This document shows, one piece after another, positions 48,660-58,908 of a stretch of 64,000 nt of DNA (position 1 is its first letter; the number at the start of each line of letters is the position of its first letter). The translations under genes and the position numbers were made by a program. The notes under the pieces are model-generated. The model was not told the DNA's origin. It searched no databases and saw only the letters and a program-made list of their open reading frames with translations. Source of the DNA: Capsulimonadaceae bacterium (lineage in GTDB: Bacteria; Armatimonadota; Armatimonadia; Armatimonadales; Capsulimonadaceae); the NCBI GenBank assembly GCA_965215505.1, contig OZ244065.1, positions 1,792,001 to 1,856,000 on the forward strand, in the 5' to 3' direction.

Positions 48660-49918
48660 CACATACCTCGTTTGACCCTGCGCCCCTGCGCGCGCTCTTC
48701 CCCTCCCTTGCGCTCACTCTGGACGGCCACCCCGCCGTGTTCTTTGACAATCCCGGCGGGACGCAGGTCCCCGGCACGGTCATCGAGGCCGTGTCGGACT
48801 ACTACCGGGGCAGCAATGCCAACGTCGGCGGGGCGTTCGCGACGAGCCGCCGGACGGACGCCGTCGTGGCCGGGGCGCGGGCGGCGGTGGCGGACCTGCT
48901 GAACGCGCCCGGCCCCGAGACCATCGTGTTCGGTCCCAGCATGACCGCCCTGACGTTCCATCTGGCCCGGTCGCTTGCAGAAACCATCAGGCCGGGGGAT
49001 GAGGTCATCGTCACCACGCTGGACCACGACGCGAACGTCGCGCCCTGGCTTGATTTGGAGGCGTCCGGCGCGGTCATCAAAGTGGTAGACATCCACCCGG
49101 AGGACGCGACGCTGGACATGGACGGACTGGAGGCCGCCCTTTCACCCCGGACGCGGCTGGTCGCGGTGACGGCGGCCTCCAATGCAGTCGGCACGATGCC
49201 GGACGTAGCCCGGATCACCCGGCTGGCTCAGGAGGCGGGGGCACTCGTCTTCATAGACGCCGTGCAGTTCGCCCCGCACGCCCCGGTGGACGTGCAGGCT
49301 CTGGGCTGCGACTTCCTGGCCTGTTCGGCCTACAAGTTCTTCGGGCCGCACATGGGGGTTCTGTACGGCAAGGCGGACCACCTGACGCGGCTCAGACCGC
49401 ACAAGGTCAGGCCCTCCAAGGACGCGATCCCCTACCGGTGGGAGTCGGGGACTCTGAACCACGAGGGGCTGGCGGGTGTCACGGCGGCGGTGGACTACCT
49501 GGCGAGCATGGGGGAACGATTCGGCCCTCCGGCCCCGGATCGGCGGCAGACGCTGAAGGCGGCGATGTCGGCCATCCGAGAATACGAGCAGACGCTGTCG
49601 CGGCGTCTGCTGGAAGGGCTGGCGGGCATCGGAGACGTCAAAGTCTGGGGCCTGACGGACACGTCGCGTCTGGACGAGCGGCTGCCGACGGTCGCCTTCA
49701 CCTGGCCCCGGCTTTCGCCCCGGCATACGGCCGAGTATCTGGCAGCACGGGGCTTCTGCGTCTGGAGCGGCAACTATTACGCGCTCGGGCTGATGGAGCG
49801 GCTGGGGTTGGAGGAACACGGCGGGGCGGTGCGTGTCGGGCTGGCGCATTACAACACGGCGGAGGAGATAGACCGGATGGTGGCCACGCTTCAGGACGTG
49901 CCGAAGGCCAGCGCATAG
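48656..49918 (+). CDS. Cysteine desulfurase-like class V PLP aminotransferase
   Basis: FDNPGGTQVP, LDHDANV.PW, DAVQ, CSAYKFFGPH, ESGT, RVGLAHYNT. Confidence 0.9.
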   Translation: MTHTSFDPAPLRALFPSLALTLDGHPAVFFDNPGGTQVPGTVIEAVSDYYRGSNANVGGAFATSRRTDAVVAGARAAVADLLNAPGPETIVFGPSMTALTFHLARSLAETIRPGDEVIVTTLDHDANVAPWLDLEASGAVIKVVDIHPEDATLDMDGLEAALSPRTRLVAVTAASNAVGTMPDVARITRLAQEAGALVFIDAVQFAPHAPVDVQALGCDFLACSAYKFFGPHMGVLYGKADHLTRLRPHKVRPSKDAIPYRWESGTLNHEGLAGVTAAVDYLASMGERFGPPAPDRRQTLKAAMSAIREYEQTLSRRLLEGLAGIGDVKVWGLTDTSRLDERLPTVAFTWPRLSPRHTAEYLAARGFCVWSGNYYALGLMERLGLEEHGGAVRVGLAHYNTAEEIDRMVATLQDVPKASA

Positions 49919-50826
49919 GTCGCATCAAAGGAGCGGACGCCGGTCGTCGCGCCCAGAGCCTGGACGGCGCAGGCCGCGGCGGCGTTGGCGAAGCGGGCTG
50001 TCTTTTCCAGGTCCCAGCCGCGCGTCAGCCCGCACAGGAAGCCCGCCGCCCAGCAGTCGCCCGCGCCCAGGGCGTCCACGGACTCGACGGGAAAGGGCGG
50101 GACGTGCAGAACGTCCCCGAATGCCGTCCGGAGGTACGCGCCCTCCGCGCCGAGTTTCAGGCCGACTGCACCGACGCCGGCATCAAGGAAGACCTGGGCG
50201 ATGTCTCCGGGCGTCTCGCGGCCCGTCAGCAGGCGGGCCTCCTCCCAGGACGGCAGGAGATAATCCAGGTACGGCAGGCAGGGCGCGAGGACGCGCATCC
50301 AACGGCCCGTCGCGTCCCAGACCGTGTCCAGCGTCGTCGTCTTGCCCAGCTCCCTGGCCCGCTTCAGGACGGCGGCGTTGTCCGCGCCCATGTAGCGGGG
50401 CATCAGGAACGGCCCGGCGACGTGGAAGATCGGCGCGGCCTCGACCTCCGGCCAGAACACGTCGGCGGCGGTATAGGCGGCGTTCGCGCCGGCATAGTGC
50501 AGGAAGGTGCGCTCCCCCGCACCGTCCACGGCCACCATGGTCGCCGCCGTCGCCTCCACGGCATCGCGGATCAATCCGCGCGTGCTGACGCCGTGGCGCT
50601 CCAAAGTCCCCGCCAGGAACTGGCCGAAGCCGTCCTCCCCGATCTTGCCCAGGACGGCCGTTTCCACGCCCAGCTTGGCGAGCGCGAGGCCCGTATTGGC
50701 GGCGCACCCGCCGACGTGCAGTTCCATCCGCTCGACGGCGGCCAGCGTCCCCTTGGGCGGGAACGCCTCGATCGGCTTGCCGACGACGTCGGCGACCAAG
50801 ATTCCCAGGCAGCAGACCTGTGACAT
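49891..50826 (-). CDS. PfkB family carbohydrate kinase
   Basis: GGCAANT..ALAKLG, GKIGEDGFG, DALGAGDCW.AGF. Confidence 0.92.
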   Translation of the reverse strand: MSQVCCLGILVADVVGKPIEAFPPKGTLAAVERMELHVGGCAANTGLALAKLGVETAVLGKIGEDGFGQFLAGTLERHGVSTRGLIRDAVEATAATMVAVDGAGERTFLHYAGANAAYTAADVFWPEVEAAPIFHVAGPFLMPRYMGADNAAVLKRARELGKTTTLDTVWDATGRWMRVLAPCLPYLDYLLPSWEEARLLTGRETPGDIAQVFLDAGVGAVGLKLGAEGAYLRTAFGDVLHVPPFPVESVDALGAGDCWAAGFLCGLTRGWDLEKTARFANAAAACAVQALGATTGVRSFDATYALAFGTS

Positions 50827-50938
50827 GTACGGTATTCTCCCGACAATGAGTGTACCCGATGCCGCCTGCCTCCCGGATAGCAGGGAAACGGGCACGGCGC
50901 GGCGTATAGTCTTTCCATAAAGACGTGAGGGAGAACAC

Positions 50939-51394
50939 ATGGTGGCAGAGATGGCAGAAGAAGCGGACGTGGAAGAGGCCCTGCGGCGTCAGGACGAAGC
51001 GATGGCCCTGCTGGAACGGCTCCGCATCGCCGAGCCGGCCGTCGTCCCGGAGGCGCACCCCGGCGGCGGGCGGCGCGAGGCGCGGCGCTGGACGGCCCCG
51101 AAGAGCGTGACGGTCGAGCTGCACGACGGCCTGACCTGGCGGGCGGCGACGTGCAGCGACTTGGGCATCGGCGGTGCGCGCCTGACCGCCGTTCCCGCCT
51201 GGATGGAAGGCCCCGCCCCGATCCGGCTGCGCGGCGTGTCCGGCCCGGCGATCCTCGCTCTGGCCGATCTGGTGTGGCGCGACGCCAAGATGAATTCGGC
51301 GGGCCTCCAATTCGAGTTCGGGGACACCGAGGAGCGGGACCAGTGGACCGTCATACTGATCGACGCTTTGCTGGCCCGTTACGCGCTGGGGTAG
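50939..51394 (+). CDS. PilZ domain protein
   Basis: RREARR (RxxxR) and DLGIGG motifs, LVW, GLQF. Confidence 0.7.
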   Translation: MVAEMAEEADVEEALRRQDEAMALLERLRIAEPAVVPEAHPGGGRREARRWTAPKSVTVELHDGLTWRAATCSDLGIGGARLTAVPAWMEGPAPIRLRGVSGPAILALADLVWRDAKMNSAGLQFEFGDTEERDQWTVILIDALLARYALG

Positions 51395-51400
51395 AGGACG

Positions 51401-51970
51401 ATGAGCGAACTGCGCGCCGAAGTCTTTCATCGCTTCCCCATCCTGGAAACGGAGCGGCTGCGGCTGCGCGCGTCCGGCCCCGATGATGCCGAGGCGACTC
51501 TGGCCGTGCTGTCGTCGGAAGAGGTCTGCCGCTACTATGACCTGTCGCCGCTAACCGTGCGTGATGAGGCGATGAAACTGATCGCGAACCGGGCGGCGGC
51601 GTTCGCGCGTGAGGAGCGCATCCGGTGGGCGCTGGCGCGGCGGGAAGACGACGTGGTGATCGGCTCCTGCGGCCTGTCCCGCTGGGACGAGGAGGCCGCG
51701 CAGGCGGAGGTCGGCTACGAGTTGTCGCCCGAATGGCAGGGGCGCGGGCTGATGCGGGAGGCGCTGGCGGCGGTGCTGGGCTTCGGCTTCACCCGGATGC
51801 GGCTCGCGCGGGTGGAGGCGAACGTCGTGCCAGGAAACGAGCCTTCCCTGCGTCTGCTCCGGCGGCTTGGCTTCCGCGAGATAGAGCTGCGCCGGGGCAG
51901 GGGCTTTTGGAAGGGCGAGTCACACGACCTGATCTACCATCTGCTATATCAGGAGGACTGGCATGGATAG
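51401..51970 (+). CDS. RimJ/RimL-type GNAT acetyltransferase
   Basis: LETERLRLR, EVGYEL.PEWQGRG, N..S.RLL.RLGF. Confidence 0.92.
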   Translation: MSELRAEVFHRFPILETERLRLRASGPDDAEATLAVLSSEEVCRYYDLSPLTVRDEAMKLIANRAAAFAREERIRWALARREDDVVIGSCGLSRWDEEAAQAEVGYELSPEWQGRGLMREALAAVLGFGFTRMRLARVEANVVPGNEPSLRLLRRLGFREIELRRGRGFWKGESHDLIYHLLYQEDWHG

Positions 51971-52664
51971 CCGTCTCCGGCTGGCCGCAGTGGGCCTGCT
52001 CCTGTGTCTGCGGCCATCGATTGCGGCGGGCCACGCGCCGCCGCTGAGGCCCGTCAAGCCCCAGGTCATCACGCACGGGAGCCGGGCGGTCAAAGCCATC
52101 GCGCTGACCTTCGACGCCTGCCAGACGCGCAAGCCGTCCGGCTATGACGCGGGGATCATCGGCATTTTGCGGGCGACGCACACGCCCGCAACACTGGTTC
52201 TGGGCGGGCGCTGGATGGAGACGCACCCCGCCGCGACGCGCTCCCTGGCCGCCGACCCGCTGTTCGAGCTTGGCAACCACTCCTATTTGCATCCACACAT
52301 GACGAAGATCACGCCCGCGCAGATGCGTCAGGAGTTGCAGCAGACGCAGGACGTCATGTACCGGCTGACCGGCAGGCAGGGCGGCCTGTTCCGCCCGCCC
52401 TACGGCGAATACGACCCCATTCTGGTCCGCGAGGCCGCACGGATGGGCCTGAAGACGCTGACCTGGGAAGTGGTGACGGGCGACCCCGACAAGAACATCA
52501 AGGCACTGGACATTGTTCATACCGTGCTGACGCGCGCCCGGCCCGGCTCGGTCGTTATCATGCACATGAACGGACGCGGCTGGCACACGGCGGAGGCCCT
52601 TCCCGCCGTCATCCGGGGCCTGCGGCGGCACGGCTACCGGCTGGTGACGGTTTCGCAGCTATGA
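51963..52664 (+). CDS. Polysaccharide deacetylase (CE4/NodB family)
   Basis: IALTFD, GNHSYLH, FRPPYG, VVIMH, LVTVSQL. Confidence 0.9.
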   Translation: MDSRLRLAAVGLLLCLRPSIAAGHAPPLRPVKPQVITHGSRAVKAIALTFDACQTRKPSGYDAGIIGILRATHTPATLVLGGRWMETHPAATRSLAADPLFELGNHSYLHPHMTKITPAQMRQELQQTQDVMYRLTGRQGGLFRPPYGEYDPILVREAARMGLKTLTWEVVTGDPDKNIKALDIVHTVLTRARPGSVVIMHMNGRGWHTAEALPAVIRGLRRHGYRLVTVSQL

Positions 52665-53663
52665 TTCTCGCGCCAACCGCGGGATGTTGATCGCCGCCGA
52701 GCGGAGCAGGGCCAGCGTTCCTAAAGTCTCGCGTGTGCCGAGCGCCTGTTCCTCCGGGTCCTCCGTCGCCCTGCCGAGGGAGCGCAGCATATTGAACTTT
52801 AGCCAGCCACACCAGTTCCCGCAGTAGGCGTACAGGCCGTGTCCGACTTCCTGGTCTGTCAGCAGGGCTTCCCGGCGGTAGCCGGCGAGGTAGGCCCGGA
52901 AGACAGCGACGTCCAACGCCCCGGCAGCCTGACCGCCCCAATCCAATGCCCCGCAGACCGCTTCGATGGCGGGCTGGACATACCCGGCGGCCTCCCAGTC
53001 TATCAGGCTGGGCGTGGATTCATCCGACCAGAGGACGTTCTTCTGGTCGAGGTCGCCGTGGCTGAGGACCCACTTGTTTCCGAGCGCCTGCCGTGACTCT
53101 TCGGCGGAGCGCAGCCAAACCGCGATCTGCGGGAGCAATCCCCGTACCTCCCCCGCCCATGTGAACTGCTCACGTTCGGCCTCTTCCACCAGCAGCGCCC
53201 AGTCTGCCTCCTCGTCCTCCGAGGGCCTATGCAAAACAGGCAATGGCAGCCCTTCAACGTGGAGGGGCAGGACGTGGATGCGCCCCAACAGGCTCCCGAT
53301 CTGCTGTGCCTGCGCGGGGGAAGCGGCGGCGGAAGTGAGCGCGCGGCCCTCCACCCAGGGGAACACCAGGACAGTGACTTGGCCGAGGTCGTGGATCACT
53401 TCGCCCTCACACTGAAGGGCAGGGACGGCAGGAAGGGACGCGGCGGCCACGGCTGATGCGATCCGCTCACTCCGCCGGAAGTTCTCCCGGACGTTAGGGT
53501 ACTGCATGACGGTGGGGTTCAGCACCTTGACGGCGAACCGGCCCGACGCCGTTTGGAGGCGGTAGACCCGGTGCAGCAAGCCGCCTGTGACGGGTTCCAG
53601 GGGAGCCATCGGTTCGCCCAGGGCATACAAATGGCATAGGTCGGTCAGCGTGAGTTCGTCCAT
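52659..53663 (-). CDS. Aminoglycoside phosphotransferase / choline kinase-like protein
   Basis: TGGLLH..Y, FAVK, SHGDLDQKNVLW, IDWE.AG. Confidence 0.85.
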   Translation of the reverse strand: MDELTLTDLCHLYALGEPMAPLEPVTGGLLHRVYRLQTASGRFAVKVLNPTVMQYPNVRENFRRSERIASAVAAASLPAVPALQCEGEVIHDLGQVTVLVFPWVEGRALTSAAASPAQAQQIGSLLGRIHVLPLHVEGLPLPVLHRPSEDEEADWALLVEEAEREQFTWAGEVRGLLPQIAVWLRSAEESRQALGNKWVLSHGDLDQKNVLWSDESTPSLIDWEAAGYVQPAIEAVCGALDWGGQAAGALDVAVFRAYLAGYRREALLTDQEVGHGLYAYCGNWCGWLKFNMLRSLGRATEDPEEQALGTRETLGTLALLRSAAINIPRLARES

Positions 53664-53957
53664 TGCCGTGTTTCCGGGTAGGGCAGAAGCCCCAGCCATG
53701 AATGACCGGTCTACTCTTGAGTGGAAGCCCTTCCGGGGTTGAGGATTGAAGACGTGACGACCATTGTAGGGGTGCCGCTTGCCGCGCCCTCTTTCGTAAT
53801 CTGCGCCCTCTTGATCCTGCCACCGGTTGGCCGTTAGGAGGGCGCGGCAAGCGGCGCCCCTACAATGCTTGGGTGGCTTCGTCCGAAGCCCCGAAGGGGC
53901 GGCCCACCGGCGGAGCCGGGAACAGACTCGCCCTTCAAGGCCGGGACGACAGAAAAC

Positions 53958-55748
53958 CTAGCCGCGCCGGGCTTCCAGCTCCTCCCAGCGGGCGTAGAGG
54001 GCGGCGGCTTTTTCACGCGCGATGGGGAGCGCCTCCCAGACCTCGTGCAGTCTGGGGGCGTCGGAGGCGACTTTCGGGTCCTCTAGCTGCCGTTCCAAGG
54101 CGGCGACTTCCTCCTCGGCGGCCTCGATCTTCCCTTCGATCTGTCCAAGTTCCCGCCGCTCCGCCGTGGAAAGGCGGTTCAGGGCGGGGGCAGGCACTTT
54201 GGGCCGGGACGCGGCGGGGGCGGCGGTCGGCGGGGGCATCTGGGCGGCCTGCCACTGGGTCAGGCTGGCGAAGTGGCGCGCGCCGCCCTTGCCGTCCAGG
54301 GCGAGCAGGTCGTTGGAGACGTTTTCGAGCAGGTAGCGGTCGTGGGTGACGAGGACGAGCGCGCCGGGGAACGAGAGCAGGCTGTCTTCCAGCACCTCCA
54401 GCGTGGGGATGTCCAGGTCGTTGGTCGGCTCATCCAGGATCAGCACGTCGGCGGGCTGGAGCATGAGCTGGGCGATCAGGATGCGGGCCTGCTCGCCGCC
54501 GGACAGGTAGCGGATGGGGGTCGTGAGCTGTTCGGTCTTGAATAGGAACCGCTTGGCCCAGCCCGAGACGTGCATCGGGTTCCCCCGGTAGATCACGTTG
54601 TCGCTGTTCGGGCTGAGGGCGTCGCGCAGGCTAAGGCTCCTGTCGAGCTGCGCCCGGTTCTGGTCGAACAGCACGACGCGCAGGCCGTCCGCCCGCTTGA
54701 CGGTGCCGGCGTCCGGGGCCAGCTCGCCTGTCAGCAGCTTGATGAGTGTCGTCTTGCCGCTGCCGTTCGGCCCGAGCAGGCCCAGGCGCGTGCCGGGGGC
54801 GAGTGTCAGACCCAGACGCTGGAAGAGGGCCTTGCCGCCCAGGCTCTTGGTCAGGTCCTTGCCGACCAGAAGCTCGCGCGTCTGCCGGCCCGAGGCACTG
54901 AACTCGATGCCCGCCGTGCGGGTCTGGCCGTTCCGGTACTTCAGCTCCGCCAGCTCATCGATCATCTGCCCGGCCTGGTTGATGCGGCCCTGCGCCTTGG
55001 TGGAGCGGGCCTGCGCTCCCCGCTGGAGCCACTCGATTTCGCGCTTCACCTGAGTCGCCAGGGCGGACTGCCGGTTGGCCTGTGCGCCCAGATACTCCTC
55101 GCGCTGTGCCAGAAAATTGCTATAGGTGCCGCTGACGCTCAGGAACCCCTCGGCGTACTGCGGGTGCAGCTCGACGATGCGCGTGGTGACGTTCTCCAGG
55201 AACACGCGGTCGTGGCTGATGAGGATGAAGGCGAAGGATGCCTCCCGCAGCAGGCCCTCCAGCCACATCACCCCTTCCAGGTCCAGGTGGTTGGTCGGCT
55301 CGTCTATCAGCAGAAGCTCCGCCTCGCGGACGAGGGCGCGGGCCAGTGAGAGCCGCTTCTTCCAGCCGCCGGACAGCGTTTCCACGGCCTGATCGCGCCG
55401 GTCGAAGCCGACGCGGTTCAGGGCGACCTCGATCCGCACTTCACGCTCGACCGCGTCCAGAGGCTCGCCCGCCAGGGCGTCGGTCAGGACGCTTTCCACG
55501 GTCGCGCCCGAGGGGAACAGGTCTTCCTGGGCGATGTAGGCGGTCCGCAGCCCGCGCCGGGGCGAGACGGTGCCGCCGTCGGGTTTCTCCTCGCCGGCGA
55601 AGATCCGCAGGAGGGTTGACTTGCCCGCGCCGTTCGGCCCGATCAGCCCCATCCGCTCGCCGTCGCCGACCCCGAGCGAGATGTCGTGGAAGAGGGGCCG
55701 CGCGCCGTAGGCCTTGGTGAGTGTTTGACAGCTTAACAGGACAGCCAT
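53958..55748 (-). CDS. uup: ABC-F family ATPase, Uup-like
   Basis: Two NBDs (GPNGAGKS / GPNGSGKT, LSGG, DEPTN), linker WLQRGAQARSTK, C-terminal coiled coil ..LYARWEELE. Confidence 0.85.
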   Translation of the reverse strand: MAVLLSCQTLTKAYGARPLFHDISLGVGDGERMGLIGPNGAGKSTLLRIFAGEEKPDGGTVSPRRGLRTAYIAQEDLFPSGATVESVLTDALAGEPLDAVEREVRIEVALNRVGFDRRDQAVETLSGGWKKRLSLARALVREAELLLIDEPTNHLDLEGVMWLEGLLREASFAFILISHDRVFLENVTTRIVELHPQYAEGFLSVSGTYSNFLAQREEYLGAQANRQSALATQVKREIEWLQRGAQARSTKAQGRINQAGQMIDELAELKYRNGQTRTAGIEFSASGRQTRELLVGKDLTKSLGGKALFQRLGLTLAPGTRLGLLGPNGSGKTTLIKLLTGELAPDAGTVKRADGLRVVLFDQNRAQLDRSLSLRDALSPNSDNVIYRGNPMHVSGWAKRFLFKTEQLTTPIRYLSGGEQARILIAQLMLQPADVLILDEPTNDLDIPTLEVLEDSLLSFPGALVLVTHDRYLLENVSNDLLALDGKGGARHFASLTQWQAAQMPPPTAAPAASRPKVPAPALNRLSTAERRELGQIEGKIEAAEEEVAALERQLEDPKVASDAPRLHEVWEALPIAREKAAALYARWEELEARRG

Positions 55749-55854
55749 GGGTTGTGTGTCTCGGACCGAGGTATCCCGGCAAAGAAAAGCGACCTGGGCC
55801 GGAGGCGGCGGGCAGGTCGCGGAGAGTTCGTTTCGACAAAAAACATCGCACGGA

Positions 55855-55927
55855 TGCACCCGGAGCGATTTGAACGCCCGGCCCTCTGTTCCGAAGACAG
55901 ATGCTCTATCCACTGAGCTACGGGTGC
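55855..55927 (-). tRNA. tRNA-Arg(TCG), CCA not encoded
   Basis: GCACCCG..GCTC-AGTGGATA-GAGC..TCTGT-CTTCGGA-ACAGA..GGGCG-TTCAAAT-CGCTC-CGGGTGC-A. Confidence 0.93.
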
Positions 55928-56424
55928 GAGCGAGTAGATTATAGCACATGGCGGCCTTGAAAAACAAGGACGTGTCCTCAGCGGAGGCGTTTTGTGAACA
56001 GTTCATCCCTCTCGACGCCGTCGCCCTGGGCCGGGGCCGGACGCGGCGAGATTTCCGCCATGCCGACCGTGCAGGACGACTCCCATGGCTTCCAGACCGG
56101 CCTACGTCTGGCTCACCCGAACACCCACGCGGGCGCGGGATCGGGGGGCACGGACGACGCCGACAGCGCCGGCCACGGGGGGTGCCGTAGAAGACATGCC
56201 AGGCCCGCGCGCAGCGCCTCGGCCCTTGTCACATCAATAGATTCCATGTATTTGATCAAGATTTCCTTGTCCGATGGGCGCATCGGTGTCATACTCATCA
56301 TGGCTTGTTCCATCAAGCCGAATTTTAACGCCGAACTTTGCTTCTTTTCTTCGGCCTGCTGATGAGTGCGCTCCGGGTGAATGCGGTTGGCCGACCGCCA
56401 GGACTCGAATGAAAGTGTACTTCC

Positions 56425-58899
56425 ATGACATCACCGAAAAACATGTCCGCCATGTGTTCCCCAGATCCGTTCCCCGGTTTGCTTCCCCTCAGCCGCCGCC
56501 GGTTTTTGCGGGCGGCCGGCCTCGCCGGGGTCGGGCTGGCATTGGGGTCGCGCGGCAAGTCTGCCACGGCGCGCGCCTCCACAGGGCCGGTTGAAAACGC
56601 CGTTCCCGAGGCGGCGCGGCCGCTGCCGCTGTCCGCTGTCCGCCTCACGGGCGGCCCCCTCAAGCACGCCCAGGAACTGGACGCCAAATACCTGCTGGCG
56701 CTGGAACCGGACCGCATGATGGCCTATTTCCGCAAGCGCGCCGGGTTGAAACCGAAGGCGGCGGGGTATGGCGGCTGGGACGGCGACGGCCGCAACCTGA
56801 CGGGCCATATCGCGGGCCACTACCTGTCCGCCGTCAGCCTGATGTATGCCGCGACGGGGGACCCGCGCTTCAAGCAGCGGGCCGATCACCTGGTCTCGGA
56901 GATGAGGCTGGTCCAGGATAGAAACGGGAATGGCTACCTCGGCGCATTGGAAGGCGCCGAGGAGAGCTTCGCGCGTTTGTCCCAGGGTCAGATCCGCTCC
57001 GGGGGCTTCGATCTGAACGGTCTTTGGTCGCCCTGGTATGTCGAGCACAAGATATTCGCCGGGCTGCGCGACGCGCACCGCCACACCGGGAACCCGGACG
57101 CGCTGGGCGTGGAAACGAGGTTCGCCGGCTGGGTGGAAACGGTCCTCTCCCCGCTCGATGCGGACCAGGACCAGAAGATGCTGAACACCGAGTTCGGCGG
57201 CATGGGCGAGGTGCTGGCCGACCTCTATGCCGACACCGGCGACCGGCGCTGGCTGGCCCTCTCGGACCGGTTCGAACACCACGCCGTTCTGGACCCGCTC
57301 GCGCGCGGGGAGTATCGCCTCGGCGGCCTGCACGCGAACACCCAGGTCCCCAAGCTGATCGGCTCGGCGGCCCGTCATGCCTACACCGGCAACCAGGCCG
57401 ACGGCGCGGCCGCCCGCTTCTTCTGGGATGCGGTCGTCTCCCACCAGACCTTCGCGACGGGCGGCCACGGCAAGGATGAGTATTTCGGGCCAGCGGACCA
57501 ACTCAGCAGCCGCGTCAACGGGCGCACCGACGAGAGCTGCAACGTCTACAACATGCTCAAGCTGACGCGCACGCTGTTCGCGCTGCGGCCCGACATCAAG
57601 TATGCGGAGTTCCAGGAGCGGGCCTTGTTCAACCATGTACTCGGCTCGATGGATCCGGAAGACGGACGCACCTGCTACATGGTCCCGGTGGGCCAGGGAG
57701 TCCAGCATGAGTATCAGGACATGTTTGAGAGCTTTACCTGCTGCGTCGGCACGGGTATGGAGAGCCACGCGCTGCACGGGCACGGCATCTACTACGAGGA
57801 CGGCCACCGCCTCTGGGTCAACCTGTACGCGCCTTCCCATGCCGAGTGGGAAGCCGCCGGGGTGAGCCTCGCGGTCACCACCACATTCCCGGAAGGCGAT
57901 CATGCCGCGCTGGCCATGACGCTCAGATCACCCCACGCCTTCACGCTGGCCTTGCGCCGCCCCTCCTGGGCGGGGGCGGGCTTCGCGGTGAGGGTCAACG
58001 GGAAACCCGTCCGGGCCGTGTCCAAGCCGGGTTCCTATGTGGAGATCAAGCGCACCTGGAAGACCGGCGACATCGTGGCGCTGACTCTGCCGAAAACACT
58101 CCACGCGGAGCCGCTGCCGGATAACCCGCGCCGCGTCGCCTTGCTCTGGGGGCCGCTGGTGCTGGCGGGCGATCTCGGGCCGGAACGGGAGGAGGCCGCC
58201 GGCAGCCCGGTAGCCCCCGTGTTCGTGGCGGCGGAGCAGCCGGTCGCCGCGTGGCTCAAACCGGTCGCCGCCCAGCCGGGCCGGTTCCGCAGCGACGGGG
58301 TCGGGCGGGACATCACCGTCTCCGGCCACGTCTCCGATGTGGACTTCGTGCCGTTCTACCGCCTGCACCGGCGCGCTTATGCCGCGTATTGGGACCTGTA
58401 CACACCTCCGGAGTGGGAAGAAAAGGCCGCCTCCATCGCCGCCGCCCAGGAGAAGCTGCGCCGGCTGGAGGCCGCCACCGTCGGCTACGCCCAGCCGGGG
58501 GAGATGCAGCCGGAGCGCAATTTCCACCAGCAGGGGGCGGACACCACGCCGGACCGCGTGCTGGGGCGCGCGGGCCGCCGGGGGAAGAACTGGTTCTCCT
58601 TTGACCTGCCGGTGGATCCGGCGTACCCGATGACTCTGATCGTGACATACAGCACGCAGGAGTTCCGGGAGCGGACGTTCGATATCCAGGCCGACGGCAC
58701 CCGGATCGGGCAGCAGAAGATCGAGCGCAGCGGCCCCGGAAGCGCCTCCGCAGAATTCTTCGATGTCCTCTATCCTCTGCCGGCGAGCCTCGTGTCAGGC
58801 AAATCCACAGTGACCGTGCGCTTCCAGGCGACCGGCGGCAATGAGATCGCCGCCGTGTTCGGCCTCCGCATGGTCCGTGCGGATGCGCCTCTCGGTTAG
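56425..58899 (+). CDS. Tat-exported GH127/GH146-like beta-L-arabinofuranosidase (DUF1680)
   Basis: SRRRFL Tat motif; YGGW, GH..GHYLSA, EFGGM, HANTQVPK, ESCNVYNMLKL, FTCCVGTGME. Confidence 0.88.
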   Translation: MTSPKNMSAMCSPDPFPGLLPLSRRRFLRAAGLAGVGLALGSRGKSATARASTGPVENAVPEAARPLPLSAVRLTGGPLKHAQELDAKYLLALEPDRMMAYFRKRAGLKPKAAGYGGWDGDGRNLTGHIAGHYLSAVSLMYAATGDPRFKQRADHLVSEMRLVQDRNGNGYLGALEGAEESFARLSQGQIRSGGFDLNGLWSPWYVEHKIFAGLRDAHRHTGNPDALGVETRFAGWVETVLSPLDADQDQKMLNTEFGGMGEVLADLYADTGDRRWLALSDRFEHHAVLDPLARGEYRLGGLHANTQVPKLIGSAARHAYTGNQADGAAARFFWDAVVSHQTFATGGHGKDEYFGPADQLSSRVNGRTDESCNVYNMLKLTRTLFALRPDIKYAEFQERALFNHVLGSMDPEDGRTCYMVPVGQGVQHEYQDMFESFTCCVGTGMESHALHGHGIYYEDGHRLWVNLYAPSHAEWEAAGVSLAVTTTFPEGDHAALAMTLRSPHAFTLALRRPSWAGAGFAVRVNGKPVRAVSKPGSYVEIKRTWKTGDIVALTLPKTLHAEPLPDNPRRVALLWGPLVLAGDLGPEREEAAGSPVAPVFVAAEQPVAAWLKPVAAQPGRFRSDGVGRDITVSGHVSDVDFVPFYRLHRRAYAAYWDLYTPPEWEEKAASIAAAQEKLRRLEAATVGYAQPGEMQPERNFHQQGADTTPDRVLGRAGRRGKNWFSFDLPVDPAYPMTLIVTYSTQEFRERTFDIQADGTRIGQQKIERSGPGSASAEFFDVLYPLPASLVSGKSTVTVRFQATGGNEIAAVFGLRMVRADAPLG

Positions 58900-58908
58900 G
58901 AGGCGGCG

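Noticed and set aside
48656-49918. SufS/IscS Fe-S cluster desulfurase
   Set aside because: The catalytic Cys loop is absent (VWSGNYYA) and there are no suf/isc neighbours.
52659-53663. Bona fide aminoglycoside resistance gene
   Set aside because: Only generic APH/choline-kinase fold motifs; no recognisable resistance family or mobile context.
55749-56006. N-terminal extension of Uup in the ORF track (likewise 47160-47267, 7466-7810, 31644-31934)
   Set aside because: The extensions run through tRNA genes or neighbouring genes; downstream starts fit family lengths.
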